A stretch of 63,861 nt of DNA, counting the filler, from Octopus bimaculoides (Eukaryota), in assembly GCF_001194135.2 (NCBI RefSeq). It is 6 parts of 6 records of this genome, joined end to end, with 100 filler letters (N's around TTAATTAATTAA, not from the genome) between each part and the next. Parts side by side here need not be neighbours in the genome. Positions count along the whole stretch, not along the records: positions 6,925 to 23,798 come from NC_068990.1; positions 23,899 to 47,122 come from NC_068983.1; 4 more parts are not named here. The stretch is one strand, 5' to 3'. Shown here one piece after another: positions 12,861 through 25,481 of the stretch (positions within the stretch are counted from its first letter, which is position 1; the number at the start of each line of letters is the position of its first letter). The notes beneath the pieces are model-generated. The model did no database searches and was not told the origin of the DNA. It saw only the letters and a program-made list of their open reading frames with translations. A program made the translations under genes and the position numbers.

Positions 12861-13440
12861 AAAAAAAAAGAAGAAAGAAAGAAAGGTTAGGAAGAAAGAA
12901 AGAAAGGTTAGGAAGAAAGGAAGAAAAAGAACAATTTTGCTGCGGCCCTACGTCCCCTGTTGTCATATGTTCGATATTCACGCGCAGAAAAGGGTGGGAG
13001 TGTGGCGAAGTAGTTTGTGTCCCCTCGCGACTACATAGGCACCTAAAGCAATTAGTGAAAGCATAGTATACGACACTAAGTCATATTCGTTGTAAGTGAC
13101 GGCTACAATGCTTTGATATAATCATATCGCAAGTGAGTTCGGCTTGGTAGCATAATTATTTTATGCGCTTATGTATGCGAAAGTCTACACGAATTCAATC
13201 ATGATATAAGAAACGATACAAACGCCAAATATATTCAAATCAATTCTTGGAAATGAGACTGTGAAGGTCTAGAAAGTTTGGATATGGATTTAGGAACTCT
13301 ATAGTAACTGTAACAAGCTAAGGAAATATGAAAAATGTAAAAAAATGTAAAGAAACTTGTGCGTAGACATGCATTTAATGAAGCGTGCACGCACGCACAT
13401 GCACAAACACACACACACACACATACACACACACACACAC

Positions 13441-13479
<39 letters not shown>

Positions 13480-13645
13480 TTCTCATGTCTGTTATAGTAA
13501 AGTATCAAATTCGTGACGTCAAGCATCGATCAGAAATGTGAAATACGTGATGTGCATGTGCGAGGTTCTGCGTGTGTTTCTAACCTTTCATCTTTACGTA
13601 CGTACTTACGTATGTCTGTATGTTTGTCAGTCTGTCTATCTGTCC

Positions 13646-13676
<31 letters not shown>

Positions 13677-13839
13677 TGTATGTAGGTAGGTAGGTATGTA
13701 TGTGAGTTGAAGCAGGGTGGGTTGAAAAGTAAGTCTTGTGTCAACAGGTGTGTTCTTTCGCAGAGAGAACGCTTGCACTGAATACAGAAATTCCCACCTG
13801 CCATTTCCCGTTCTATTTTCACTGCATACACTCTTCTGA

Positions 13840-13871
<32 letters not shown>

Positions 13872-13874
13872 CCC

Positions 13875-13922
<48 letters not shown>

Positions 13923-14836
13923 TTCCTTTATTCGTTTATTCCTCTCTAATTTGCTTTCCGTCTCATTCTCTCATTCTAATCGGTGCCATAGAAAGGAATG
14001 AGGTAACTTGGCGCGGCTGTTTGGTCGCTGGCGATATGACGGGGCTGACTGGACATTCAGCCTGTTTTGGTGACAGTACAGTTTAGCGCTGGAGGCAAAC
14101 ACACGCACACGCACGCGCAGAAATACACATACACACAGATAGAAAAGTGAGAGAGAGAGAGATTATAATTTAGTAATTGAACACAACCGGGATACACACT
14201 TCCCCTTTCCTCATAGCCAGAGTGAAATAAGCTCACAAACAGAGAAGTGGAGGAGGAGGAGGAGGAGAGAAGAAGAAGAAGAAGAAGAAGAAGAAGAAGA
14301 AGAAGAAGAAGAAGAAGAAGAAGAAGAAGAAGAAAAAGAAGAAGAAGAAGAAGAAAAGGATGGAGAGAAAGGGAAAAACTGTAAAACATCTGATGTCAAA
14401 TAAGTCAGCATCGAATCAGTGACGCCAAAATAGCCACCCCAAGACACTTCCCCCTCTATTCATGGTTGTTTCTATGTTTCTTAGCCAGTTAACGTCAGTC
14501 TAATGGTTAACGTCTAAACTCGGTTTGAATCCCTTACTTAGAACAGCGTCTCTCATTGGTGGTGGGGGGGGGGAACCTTGAGAAGACTGAATAGGAGCAG
14601 AGAGAAGAATTATAAGGGAACCTTATATGACCTGGCCATCGTTCTCATGCCAATGACGAAAAAAATAAGGGAGGGAAGTTCAATTTGTTTTATATTCCGC
14701 TACCAAGTTCATTACAGTTTCATGTTTCTGACCCCAAAGTAATTCTCAGTTTCGAATTACTGAAGTAATCCAGGATCAGATTCTTGGTCGTGTTAGGAGC
14801 AGGGTGGCAGTGCTTGCCTAGGACTCGGAGATGTTT

Positions 14837-15029
14837 CAGTTCTATATTTCTGAGATGAAGAATTATGTACATTATTTACATTATTTACATTTGACGGATA
14901 TTTGTCCTCATCTTGTTTGTTGTGAACACAACGTTTTGGCTGATATACTTTCCAGCCTTCATCAGGTGTCCTGGGGAAATTTCGAACCTGGGTTCTCATT
15001 CCTAAGGTATTTTTCCGTTGTTGTTGTTG

Positions 15030-15101
<72 letters not shown>

Positions 15102-15188
15102 TCACAGCTTGGAATCGAACTCGGAATCTTGAGGTTAGTAGCCCGCGCTCTTAACCACCACGCAATATGCCCGTGGGTGTATGGCGTA
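14837..15188 (-). mobile_element. Family E composite element: tRNA-like head, (AAT)n, hammerhead-bearing tail
   Basis: Head 15095-15172 with B box GTTCGATTCC (rc of 15111-15120). Tail 14837-15015 closely matches 37085-37240 and the reverse complement of 37425-37605. Confidence 0.85.
14925..14970 (-). ncRNA. Type I hammerhead ribozyme, probably inactivated (G12A)
   Basis: Minus strand: gacac-CTGATGA-a-ggctg/cagcc-AAA (instead of GAA)-ACGT-T-gtgtt. Confidence 0.7.
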
Positions 15189-15189
15189 T

Positions 15190-15570
15190 TGCCAAATACG
15201 ATCTCAGTACATCAAGTGTATTCCTGATCTCATTGGTTTCTCTGATGAGTTGCATTACAACATCAATGTTCTGATGGATCGATCTAGTTATTCATGACGA
15301 GAAATACAGTCAACCATTGAGAAAATCTATTCTGAGACGCAGCTGCCCTTCAACGTTCAGCAAAGAAATTTACCGAAACTGATTGATGTCCTTTGAGCTT
15401 TTTCTTTTCGGGTGTCTAAATTCTTTCAGCAGACCTCCATAGATCGGCAACGCTGTCCCTTTACCGTATCAATTTCAAAGATCTTCCAAAGGTTTCTTAG
15501 GAACTCTGGGCATCGCTTGCACAGGAAGTAGGGTAAAGCACCGAGTAAAGGCTAGGTTGATACCTTTGGG
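15190..15570 (-). mobile_element. R2/NeSL/HERO-type non-LTR retrotransposon RT fragment
   Basis: Broken minus frames read LPYFLCKRCPEFLRNLWKI, VADLWRSAE, KDINQFR*ISLLNVEG and VVMQLIRE, motifs I recognise from HERO-like RTs. Confidence 0.7.
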
Positions 15571-15698
15571 AAAATGCTGAAACGATTTCATGTGTGTAAA
15601 TAAACATACACACCCACACACGCTGACATGCACGCACACACACACACACTTACACACATATACACACACGTGTGTGTATATAGATATATTTGTGTGTG

Positions 15699-15739
<41 letters not shown>

Positions 15740-16186
15740 ATGCGATGGGTAAATTGTCACCATTTTATACCTTTTATTTCACGCACGTGCATTATTTGTT
15801 CTTGATTTTATCGACTACACAGTATAGTAGGGTCAGTTGGGCACAGTCAGTGAGAAAAACAGCATCATGACGCAATTTACTCTAACAGGAATTTGGAAAC
15901 GACGCGCCAGAGGGATAGAAGAATGAGGGAGGGGCGAGAAAAAAGAAAAGAGACAGTGAAGTGAAAGAGGAGGGAAGGTGAGAATGAAGAGAAAGCCAGG
16001 AAATGTGAGAGAGGGGGAACGAAAGAAAGAAGAGTGGAAAGAACGAAGTGTGAAAGGGCTGATAGAAAGAAGGAAAGAATGAAAGAATAACAGAGTCGTA
16101 CACAATGTATATATATATGTACTCCTAAGAAACCAAAGTGTACGTACGCCGCTACTCTTCTTTCTTTCGACGGAAGCTTAAATAGT

Positions 16187-16272
16187 AAACCGCGATAGGT
16201 GAACCGCGATAGGTGAACCGCGATAGGTGAACCGCGATAGGTGAACTGTCATGGGTGAACCGTGATATGGTG
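16187..16272. repeat. 14-bp minisatellite (GAACCGCGATAGGT) x4 plus two decayed units
   Basis: Tandem units are directly visible. Confidence 0.95.
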
Positions 16273-16390
16273 AGGGATCACTGCATATAGGGATGCGTGT
16301 TTGTGTGTGAATGACTTTGTATTCGTATTTGTTATTCATCCACACACACACCGTTTCACATCCACGTTTCACAGCCAATATTATTTTAAT

Positions 16391-16560
16391 TACGTCCCCG
16401 TAACCGAACGGTTCGGCGAAAGAGACCGGTAGAATAAATACCAGACTTTAACAAAAGAAACCAACTTAAGTATTATGGTCGATTTATTTCCCTCAACCCG
16501 TTTAAAGCAGTGCTTAAGCATGGGCGTAATCCAATTGCGTGACACAAGTAACGATATAAA
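16391..16560 (+). mobile_element. SINE family A 3' part
   Basis: tacgtccccgtaac...ggttcggcgaaagagaccggtagaataa...gcatgg matches 46287-46405. Confidence 0.7.
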
Positions 16561-16999
16561 GTAAGTAAAAAAAGAGTTTATCTTGTATGGTATTTGTTAT
16601 ATCTTTATTCATGTTTATTGTTTATATTCTCCATGCCACTGACCACTCTCAGCTATTTCTTTTTGTTCATTTTCGCTTAAATTAATGCAAATGACCTTAG
16701 ACCATTAGCGCAAATATGTCGTCTGCTGGATTCAAGGAAAGAAAACTGCTGTGATGGTAACATTTACTGAACCAACGAAACAAGAGAGTCCAAAAATGAT
16801 AGAATTAATTTATCAAATAAAGGCACATTAACAATAATCGATATAAAAACTTAGAAATATTGCATTTCTCAATTTCTCAGTGAGATTTATACAGTAGCAG
16901 CACGATAAAGTGATGGTTTGTTGCCAACTTAATGTGGCAGTCCCAGGAAAGGGAAGAATGCTACTGTTATAACGAAATTAAAGACACCACTTAAGAATT

Positions 17000-17330
17000 A
17001 TGGTTTAAAAGCTACCATAATGACATCAATTTCCTTATCTGGAATCCAACAGAGGAGATACATAAACAAAAATGCAGAAAACGTAATATAAAAGAAAATT
17101 GGAACCAACTTTAAAATTTGCATAAGGCGTTCTTCCCATATGATCCGTCCGCAACAAAAATCGTGCTCACATCATATCACTAAGGCGAACTGGTTTACCT
17201 CAATTGGTCTTGCTTCTCTTTAACATCATACCAAAAGATATAAAGGAAGGAAAAAAACCTCAAATGGTTCCTGGAGGAATTCTTTCAACAACTTCCAGAT
17301 AAATTGCCTACAAACGGATAGAAATTCTTC
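17000..17330 (+). mobile_element. Possible CR1/L2-group LINE 3' end, very degenerate
   Basis: LLFNIIPKDIK and, after a frameshift, LKWFLEEFFQQLPD resemble the FNxLPxxI...LDxFLxxxPD tail motif. Confidence 0.35.
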
Positions 17331-18080
17331 AAGCGATAACTGTTTACTCGAAAGGACTACGGTGCCCTGTGTATGACTGTAACGTGGGAACATGATTAAA
17401 TGTCTTCTCCAGATGGTGCTTCTAAGTTAGTTAGGGGTTGCGCCAATAACGAATGAAAACTGAACCTGCATATCTTAGTGTCAAAGTAGGAAAATAAAAA
17501 AAATAATAAAAGACTGTGATTCAGAAAAGAATTATGTGAAAAGAATAACGATAGCGATTCGCATGTTAGAAATAGAAGCATCTATTGTTCATCAAAAAGG
17601 TGGCGACAACTAAAACTAATCACCCGATCTCGGAGTCATTTCATCCAGCCCTCTAGTGATCTGCATAAACAGGTATGCTTATAACAACCAGTTATAGATA
17701 AACTGGTAACTGCGTGTTGTAGCTTTATGCAGTAATGAATCGACAGGGACTGATACAGAATACACCAAGAGCTCACCTTTAACTCATCTCGCCAAGCAGT
17801 ATACAGTAAACTTTTGAATTAGAATCTCAATTCCCAGTCCGCCTACATCTTCCTGTGAAGCATTGACCTGCTGATATTCAGGCTTGGCATCGACCACGAC
17901 TGTCTGAGCAGTCTGGGAGGTTCTGTTCAGGTCATTGACATCGTGAAGAAAAAATGATTACCGAGATAATAAATAACATTTAAAAATAAATGTACGTTTT
18001 AATCTTCAGTAAAGATTTTTATCGCAACAAAAGCAATCTAAAATGCGTTACTTAGCTTTGAGAATTGAATGGCATGTACG

Positions 18081-18293
18081 AAGGCGTTCAGCTGGCAGAA
18101 ACGTTAGCAATCCGGGCGAAATACTTGGCGGTATTTCGTCTGTCTTTACGTTCTGAGTTCAAATTCCGCCGAGGTCCACTTTGCTTTTCGGAGTCGATAA
18201 ATTAAGTTCCAGTTGCGTACTGGAGTCGATCTAATCGACTGGCTCCCTTCCACCGAAATTTCGGGCCTTGTGCCTAGAGTAGAAAAGATTATT
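18081..18293 (+). mobile_element. SINE family B (tRNA-derived)
   Basis: gctggcagaaacgttagc...gagttcaaattccgccgagg (B box)...gggccttgtgcctagagtagaaaagattatt; the head is also present at 48424. Confidence 0.8.
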
Positions 18294-18789
18294 TTGACTT
18301 CACTTTTCATCAAATGCCACCGGTCCAGATCATCGACATTACTCGGCAAATAAATAAATAAATAAATAAATAAATACCTACTCACCTACTTAAAAACGGA
18401 TGTTTTCCCAAATTTGAACACATGCCTAAAATCATCATGAAATAATATATGACAGAGAAATTCCATTCGAGTCGGAAGTTCCCTTGATTTATAACAGAGA
18501 ATATTCGCGAAAAGAGATTCAGAAGGAATGCAGTGATGAGCTCTCCTCTTCTATCTCTGTCTCACACAAATACGAATTAATCACACATAAGGATACCACA
18601 CACACACACACACACTTTCTCACTCAACACTTGCAGACGACACTGTATACACTTGGAATAAACACGTTGTCACAATTTCTCATTTAAAAATATCTTCGGA
18701 AAGTTAGTAAGCGGTTTCAAATACCATAGAAGGCACAGCATAACGTTTTTTTTTTTTTTTAAATGTTTCTCATTTAAATTCATAAAATA

Positions 18790-19590
18790 TTCATGTATTA
18801 TGCTCTATAAATCGTATTGTTGAATTTTGCGATGTTTGAAACCTATCTCTTGTCTCTGGGTTTTGCTGTCATAAATCAGTGTGCTAAGGACACAAGCTCT
18901 GTAGACTGCTACCTTGGTGCACACCGTTTATTTACAGTTCTCCAAAGACTTATGTTGTCAGCCTGTCTTCTGATAAGGCTGCGCTCCCAATACATCTGTT
19001 GATCTTAGACTCTAGAGAATTAATTATCTGTGATGGTGGAAGCTAGATATGTGAACTCGCAAACTCCTTCCGGTTCGCACTTGTTGATAGTGATGGTAAG
19101 GGAGTACTCAACATCTTGTCGCAGCATTTTTGTTATCTTCAGACTGATGGCCAATCAAAAGTCTTGACGAACTCTTGTGAAACTGTCCATCTGGCGAATG
19201 AGTTACTCCTCAGTTTCTTACCTGTGTTCCATCGTCAAGCAGCATGTTTTTGATGTATACCTTATTCGTGTTCGTCCGAAACAGACGGGACACTTTGCCG
19301 TCTGATTTTGTGAGAAGGTAAATGCCTTCTCGTTTGATGATCCAAAAGCATGCTTTAGCATGGCAGTGATGAAGATACTAAACAGGATGCTGGGAAAAGC
19401 ACACAACCCTGCTTCAATCCACAACAAATGCTGAAGGCTTCTGAATGAGAGTCAACAAACTGAACGATACCTTTCATGCCTGTGTGCAATGTCTGAACGA
19501 TCACGAGTGAACTCAGTGGGAATCTGATCTTGGCAACGACTTTGAAAAGACAGTCTCTACACACAAGATCGAAGGCCTTCGAGAGGTTAA
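18790..19590 (-). mobile_element. RTE-clade LINE RT fragment (degenerate)
   Basis: KAFDLVCRDCLFKV...LHTGMKGIVQF...GLKQGCVL, LFSIFITAMLKHAFG and FTYLASTI across broken frames. Confidence 0.85.
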
Positions 19591-19649
19591 AGAAAACGAT
19601 GGGGAATGGTTGGTTTTGCTCTCTCTATTTTTCTTGTAATTGCCGAATA

Positions 19650-20820
19650 CAAAAACAAGATACATGGACCATTCGCAGCATATTTCCTCATCAGCCAGAT
19701 TCCGGAAAGTCCTAGCGGTTTTGCGCTTATTTATCCCCGAGACGGCGCGAATCCAGCAAGTGCCAGATCGTCGAGCTAAAAGAACTAAGCTTCTGAGAAA
19801 AGCAAACGAATGTATACAAGGACCAAAGCAAGAATGAAAACAAGAACAAGAAAGCTAGAATGATGCACACACAAAAGACAAACGCCTTTCGGCTATACAA
19901 GACGAAAATAGTTATACATTTACAAATAAATGCATAACAGAATGGGTCTTTCGACTATTAGACGAACGTAACGTGATGAAATAACAATACAAGTGCAACA
20001 AGAAAAGAATTATACATGTACAATGGATAAATGCCTTTCGGCTATACAACAAAAGGAAAATAATTGTACAGTTACATAAATAAATAAATAACAGAAAGCG
20101 TACTTCAACTCTCAGACGAACGTAGTAGGCTGGTGCAAAGGAGAAATGGAAGCTTGTAATAGACCGAGTGGAAGGACAGACGACCGTGACTGGTTTGGAT
20201 GACAACTGGTCGGAAAGGGACGACAAATGCCTTGGCTAGACAGCGATCAGGTGGTAGCAGAGGGAAAGAGTTGTAGAGGGTAGAGGGATTAAGGAAGAAG
20301 AGGGAGGGGAGGAAAGAGGGACTAAGGAATAAGAAAGAGGGAAAAGAAATCAGAGAGAGGGGAAGAGAGAGGGTACAGAGTGAGAGAGAAAGGTATAAGG
20401 GAGACAAGTGAGGAAGAAAGGCAGAAGGAGGAGGGGAAAAGAGGGAGGGAAAGAGACAGAGACAGAGAGAGAGAGAGAAAAAGGAAGGAAGAAACAAGGG
20501 AGATAAGCGAGGAAGGAAAGAAAAGGTAAGAGCCGTACATAATATTCAAGGATTATTCCTTTTAACAAAGTAAACGACAGGTTGTACGATGCGCCGCATA
20601 GATAAATCATGGGTAGGACAGAAAGAAGAGGACACAAAACAAGATACGGAAAATAGACGATAACATAACAAACGGGAAACTAGACAAAAACAAGATACAC
20701 GGACCATTCGCTGCACGAGTCCGGAAAGTCATAGCCGTTTCGCACTTATTTATCCTAGAAACCGCTCGAATCCAGCAAGTGCCAGAACGTTAAGTTAAAA
20801 GCATTAAGCTTCTGGAAAAA
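19650..20820 (+). repeat. Dispersed direct repeat pair (19650-19800 and 20685-20820)
   Basis: Both read caaaaacaagatac..ggaccattcgc...ccggaaagtc.tagc...gaatccagcaagtgccaga...aagcttctg; family not assigned. Confidence 0.8.
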
Positions 20821-21781
20821 AATAAAGTTCACTCCAATGGCTCATAGCAGGTTTAAACGCATCATATCAAATTCATGTACACACAAAAAGTGCATCAGCG
20901 CAAGCTGTGAGGTTTTCTCCTTCGAAAACCCTTTCGATTGAAAACAAATGATCCAAATATTGTGAGTAAACCATAAGACACCAACATTTTGATGTAATTA
21001 CTACTCCTCAGTAGCAGACATAAATCCAATCTTTTCGAGCTAACTAAGAAACCCTGTTCATGTACAAAACTTAAACAAAACTGAAATTACATCAGTACGC
21101 ATTTGAAACAGAAGAGATCAAAATAATGAGGTGTACCCATTTATATGTTTGGGCAGATACAAAAGTGGAACAGCGCTTGTTTTGGGAGAAGAATCTCTCT
21201 TTAGAGGACCTGCTCCAGACAATGTAAGAACTGAACTCAAAAACTAAAGCAGCGTAACTAAATCTCGTGGCGGTGCAGCACTGTATCGTTTCTACCAATG
21301 TACAATACAAGACAGTTCTAATAGTAATTTCTTAGTTAGAAAACCACAAATTTACAAGAGAGAAGGTTATTGTCGATTTAAATTGAACTGTAATATATAA
21401 CTGGTACATATTCTTTCAAGCCTGGGAAGATGAAAAGAATGTCAAATTTGGCGCAATTTGAACATAGAACAAAGAGGAACAACATAAGTAAATATAGATT
21501 TCTTGCTTAGACACAAGTTCAAATAGTTGCGGTGGGGTGAGATACAGTTAGACATAGCACCATATCTTATATATGTACCTACAAACCTACCTACATACTT
21601 ACATGCACACATACATGCATGCCACACATATATCCATACACAAAGCGATTCAGATAATCACAAACCCAAAGAGCCTTGCCATGTTGATAGTGACCGGATT
21701 GACTTCTGCAACTGGAAAAAATAAAGGAAAAGGAAACTATAGTAAATCCCACGGATTCATCGTTTATGTTTTTTTTTCTGT

Positions 21782-22180
21782 TACTTATTTCAGTCATTGG
21801 ACCGCAGCCATGCTGTAGCACCGCCTTGAACGGTTCAGTCGAACAAATGGAATCCAGTTTTGTTTTGTCTTGTTTTTTTAAGTCTACCACGTACTCCAAC
21901 GGCGTCTTTTACCGAAGCGCTAATTTAAGGGGATATAAACAAACCAACGCTGATTGTCGAACAGTGGAGGGAGACAAGTGTAAACACAAAGACACACACA
22001 TACATATACACATACGAAGAGCTTCCTCATAGTTTCCGTCCATCAAATTCATTCACCAAGCATAGCTCGGTTCAGCGCTATCGTGAACGGCCCTTACCAA
22101 ACGTGCCGCGCGGTGGAACTGAAACCAAAATCACAAGGATTGCAAAGCGATCTTATTAACCACACGGCTATGCCTTCGCC
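21782..22180 (-). mobile_element. SINE family A, near full length, diverged
   Basis: Reverse complement follows the family A layout (head, CA microsatellite, tail ...gcatggctgcggtccaatgactgaaataagtaac). Confidence 0.8.
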
Positions 22181-22689
22181 TGAGGACAGGAACGTTAAAT
22201 ATGAGGGCGATTTGGCTGCTATAGCTCAGAGAACATATGAAGATGTGAAAGCTTCCGCGTGTTGTTGGTGGGCGTTTAACAGTGCATCTCTACACACAGC
22301 TATCACGTGATCTGTCTTTAATACTTCTTAGTTCAATGACCTCAGCCAGTACACTTGTCCCCCACCCACTTTCACCACCACCACCGCCACCTCTACTGTC
22401 ACCACCACCACAACCACCGCCGCCACTGCCGTCCTTATAATCATCGTCATCGTCATCATTAACACAGAACAATAGATGTCACAGGTAACAGGTGATAGGA
22501 AAAAAAAATAAATAATGGTCGACAGAATATTAATTTCGAGATATTCTTCATTGTCATTTAGGTCAGGGCGCCCACGCGCTTCGTCGTCTCCTTCTCATCG
22601 TTGTTGTTGCTGATGTTATTGTTGTTGTCATCGTTATTATTGAATCCTAAGCAATACCCCGAACAAATGTTGTTTTGCATTGTTATTGC

Positions 22690-22968
22690 TCTTCTTCTTC
22701 TTCTTCTTCTTCTTCTTCTTCTTCTTCTTCTTCTTCTTCTTCTTCTTCTTCTTCCTTTCATTCTTCTTCGTCTTTCTTCTTCTTCTTCTTCTTCTTCTTC
22801 TTCTTCTTCTTCCTTTCATTCTTCTTCGTCTTTCTTCTTCTTCTTCTTCTTCTTATTATTATTATTATTATTATTCTCTGCCTTCTTCTTTTTCTTCTTC
22901 TTCTTCTTCTTCTTCTTCTTTTTCTTCTTCTTCTTCTTATTATTATTATTCTCTGCCTTCTTCTTCTT

Positions 22969-23056
<88 letters not shown>

Positions 23057-23120
23057 TCTGCCTTCTTCTTCTTCTTCTTCTTTTTCTTCTTCTTCTTCTT
23101 CTTCTTCTTCTTCTTCTTGC
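22690..23120. repeat. Compound (TTC)n/(TAT)n microsatellite with higher-order duplications
   Basis: The interruption cctttcattcttcttcgtct occurs twice and tattctctgccttcttc three times. Confidence 0.95.
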
Positions 23121-23898
23121 AATTACTGCTGCAGTCGTTGCTCCTGCCGATGTAGTTACTCTGTCTTTATTGCTACTGTTGCTGTTGCTGCGGTTGTTTT
23201 GACTGCTACTGCGGTGTGTTGCTGCCGTTGCTGTTGCTGCTGCGCTAATTTTTGCTGAAGTTGATATTTTCGCTGCAGATGTTACAACTGCTGCTGCTGC
23301 TGCTGCTGCTGTTCTTGCTGGCGTTGGTTTCTTTCTTGTTTTTTTTTCTTTTTTGTTTTTTACAAATAATTGAAATTGTTGCCGTTTGTATTGTTGTTAT
23401 GAAGCGTCCTCCAGCTTACAGAATCATTACGTTTATGAAAATCTTGCCGTAACATGAAATTCCGTAACCCGAAACGTCGTTCCCACAGGTCTCCATGTTC
23501 ACCGACTTTTCATGTAACACGGAAATCACCAGAGAATAGACTCTTCGGTTCACGGACTTTCTCGTTACCACAAGACTCATGGTTGCAGTGTTTCCGTAAC
23601 GCGGGGGTGTCTGTCCGTTGCAGTAGTCCTGCTGCTTCTGGTACTGTAATTGCAGTTGCTGTGGCAGTAGCTGCTGCTGCTGCTGTTTGTCTTCGTTCAT
23701 TGTTATTATTCCGAACAAGAATTGATATAATTAGTGTGAAGTGTTTTGTTAACTAGTGGTGGTGGTGGTGGTGGTGGTGGCTGCGACGGTGTGTTGTANN
23801 NNNNNNNNNNNNNNNNNNNNNNNNNNNNNNNNNNNNNNNNNNTTAATTAATTAANNNNNNNNNNNNNNNNNNNNNNNNNNNNNNNNNNNNNNNNNNNN

Positions 23899-23953
<55 letters not shown>

Positions 23954-23956
23954 GTT

Positions 23957-24334
23957 GAGGCGCAATGGCCCAGCGGTTAGGGCAGCGGACTCGCGGTCAT
24001 AGGATCGCGATTTCAATTCCAAGACCGGGTATTTTGAGTGTTTATTGAGCAAAAACACGTAAAGCTCCACGAGGCTCCGGCAGGGAATGGTGGCGAACCC
24101 TGCTGTACTCTTCCACCACAACTTTCTCTCAATCTTACTTCCTGTTTCTGTTGTGCCTGTAATTCAAAGAGTCAACCTTGTCATACTTTGTCACGCTGAA
24201 TATCCCCGAGAACTACGTTAAGGGTACACGTGTCTGTGGAGTGCTCAGCCACTTGCATGTTAATTTCACGAGCAGGCTGTTCCGTTGATCGGATCAACTG
24301 GAATCCTCGACGTCGTAAGCGACGGAGTGCCAAC
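23957..24334 (+). mobile_element. SINE family C, full length
   Basis: tRNA-like head gaggcgcaatggcccagcggttagggcagcggactcgcgg...atttcaattcc, unique body, ends ...gacggagtgccaac. Confidence 0.75.
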
Positions 24335-24443
24335 CATATATATATATATAAATTTAGATTCAAGGTGAATATGGTACTTAAGTTTAGGCACCAGAATTTA
24401 GTATGGTATTATCCAAACAATTCCAAAAATAAGGTGATCAAAA

Positions 24444-24902
24444 ATCAAAATAAGCAACAAGGATATTCAAGGTTAGTGCAGTACGATCGTTTCATGCAGC
24501 CCCATTTATTTAAGCAACGTGAGCATTACATTAAATGTAAAATGCAGAGCAATCTTCAGTTGCACAAAGATACAGAAAATGTACTGAAATTTCATTTCAG
24601 TAGAAGGATTTATATCACTGTTGTAACTACATTTAAACAATTCAAGTGGGAAGGAAAAATATAAAAGTCAAAATGGTTCTTTTATATTCTTCCTTCCCAC
24701 TTGAATTGTTTAAATGTAGTTACAACAGTGATATAAATCCTTCTACTGAAATGAAATTTCAGTACATTTTCTGTATCGTTGTGCAGCTGAAGATTGCTCT
24801 GCATTTTACATTTAATGTAATACTCACATTGCTTAAATAAATGGAGTCGCATGAAACGATCGTACTGCAGTAACCTTGAATATCCTTGTTGTTTATTTTG
24901 AT
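24444..24902. repeat. Foldback: 224-bp inverted arms, 11-nt spacer
   Basis: 24444-24667 is the reverse complement of 24679-24902 with about 10 mismatches by eye. Confidence 0.95.
24782..24869 (+). ncRNA. Candidate type I hammerhead ribozyme (stem III ACGATCGT)
   Basis: tgcag-CTGAAGA-[long stem II region, tgc...gca]-GAA-ACGATCGT-A-ctgca. Stem II closure is imperfect. Confidence 0.7.
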
Positions 24903-24928
24903 CTTTTATATATATATATATATATACA

Positions 24929-25233
24929 CAGTGGCAGATTGTCCAGCTTGCCAGCATGCCCAGTGGCAAGTGGACCCCTGCACCATTAGAATCCATGTAT
25001 GGATTCTAATGTCCATGTTAGTATCTAAGGGGCCCATCCCCTCATGTTTGAGTATTTTTTATTCGCTCCTGGAAGAATGCATTAATTATTTCAGCCTGGC
25101 TGTGTTTGTAGACAGTTGAAAAGAATACTTTTAACAAAACAAATAAAAAAAAAATTAAATTATAGTATTGTAGTTTCAGGTAGGCCCCCTTAATCTCCTG
25201 GCAACCAATACTTTTAGACCCAGTCCGCCACTG
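24929..25233. mobile_element. hAT-like MITE
   Basis: Termini CAGTGGCAGAT and AGTCCGCCACTG form an imperfect TIR; flanks tatataca and tatttata are a possible decayed 8-bp TSD. Confidence 0.55.
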
Positions 25234-25259
25234 TATTTATATATATATATATATGTATA

Positions 25260-25481
25260 AAGAAAGAAAGGGATAAAGAGACCAATGGCAAAGTTAGAAT
25301 TATATTTTATGGATAAAGTCTTACAGCTGTTTCAGGGAAAATCCAATGTATCCCTTCATCGGAGATGGTAATAGTAGAAGAATGAAGGGATACATTGGAT
25401 ATTCCCTAAAACAGCTGTAAGACTTTATCCATAAAATATAATTCGAACTATGCCATTGGTCTCTTTATCCTTTTCTTTCTT
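25260..25481. repeat. Foldback: 100-bp inverted arms with decayed hammerheads (stem III ACAGCTGT)
   Basis: 25260-25359 versus 25382-25481. The minus strand of 25319-25365 reads tct-CCGATGA-aggga...tccct-GAA-ACAGCTGT-A-aga. Confidence 0.88.

Noticed and set aside
13985-14100. Possible micro-exon (ccatag|aaaggaatgag|gtaact)
   Set aside because: Splice-like words alone are expected by chance.
16187-16272. CRISPR-like or iteron-like repeat
   Set aside because: Contiguous tandem units without spacers in a eukaryotic context: an ordinary minisatellite.
22290-23756. Gly-, Asn-, Gln- and Ala-rich ORFs, and a cluster of GTAAC/GTTAC motifs at 23445-23600
   Set aside because: Low-complexity in all frames, with frequent stops, no recognisable domain and no convincing splice sites; no complete X-box.
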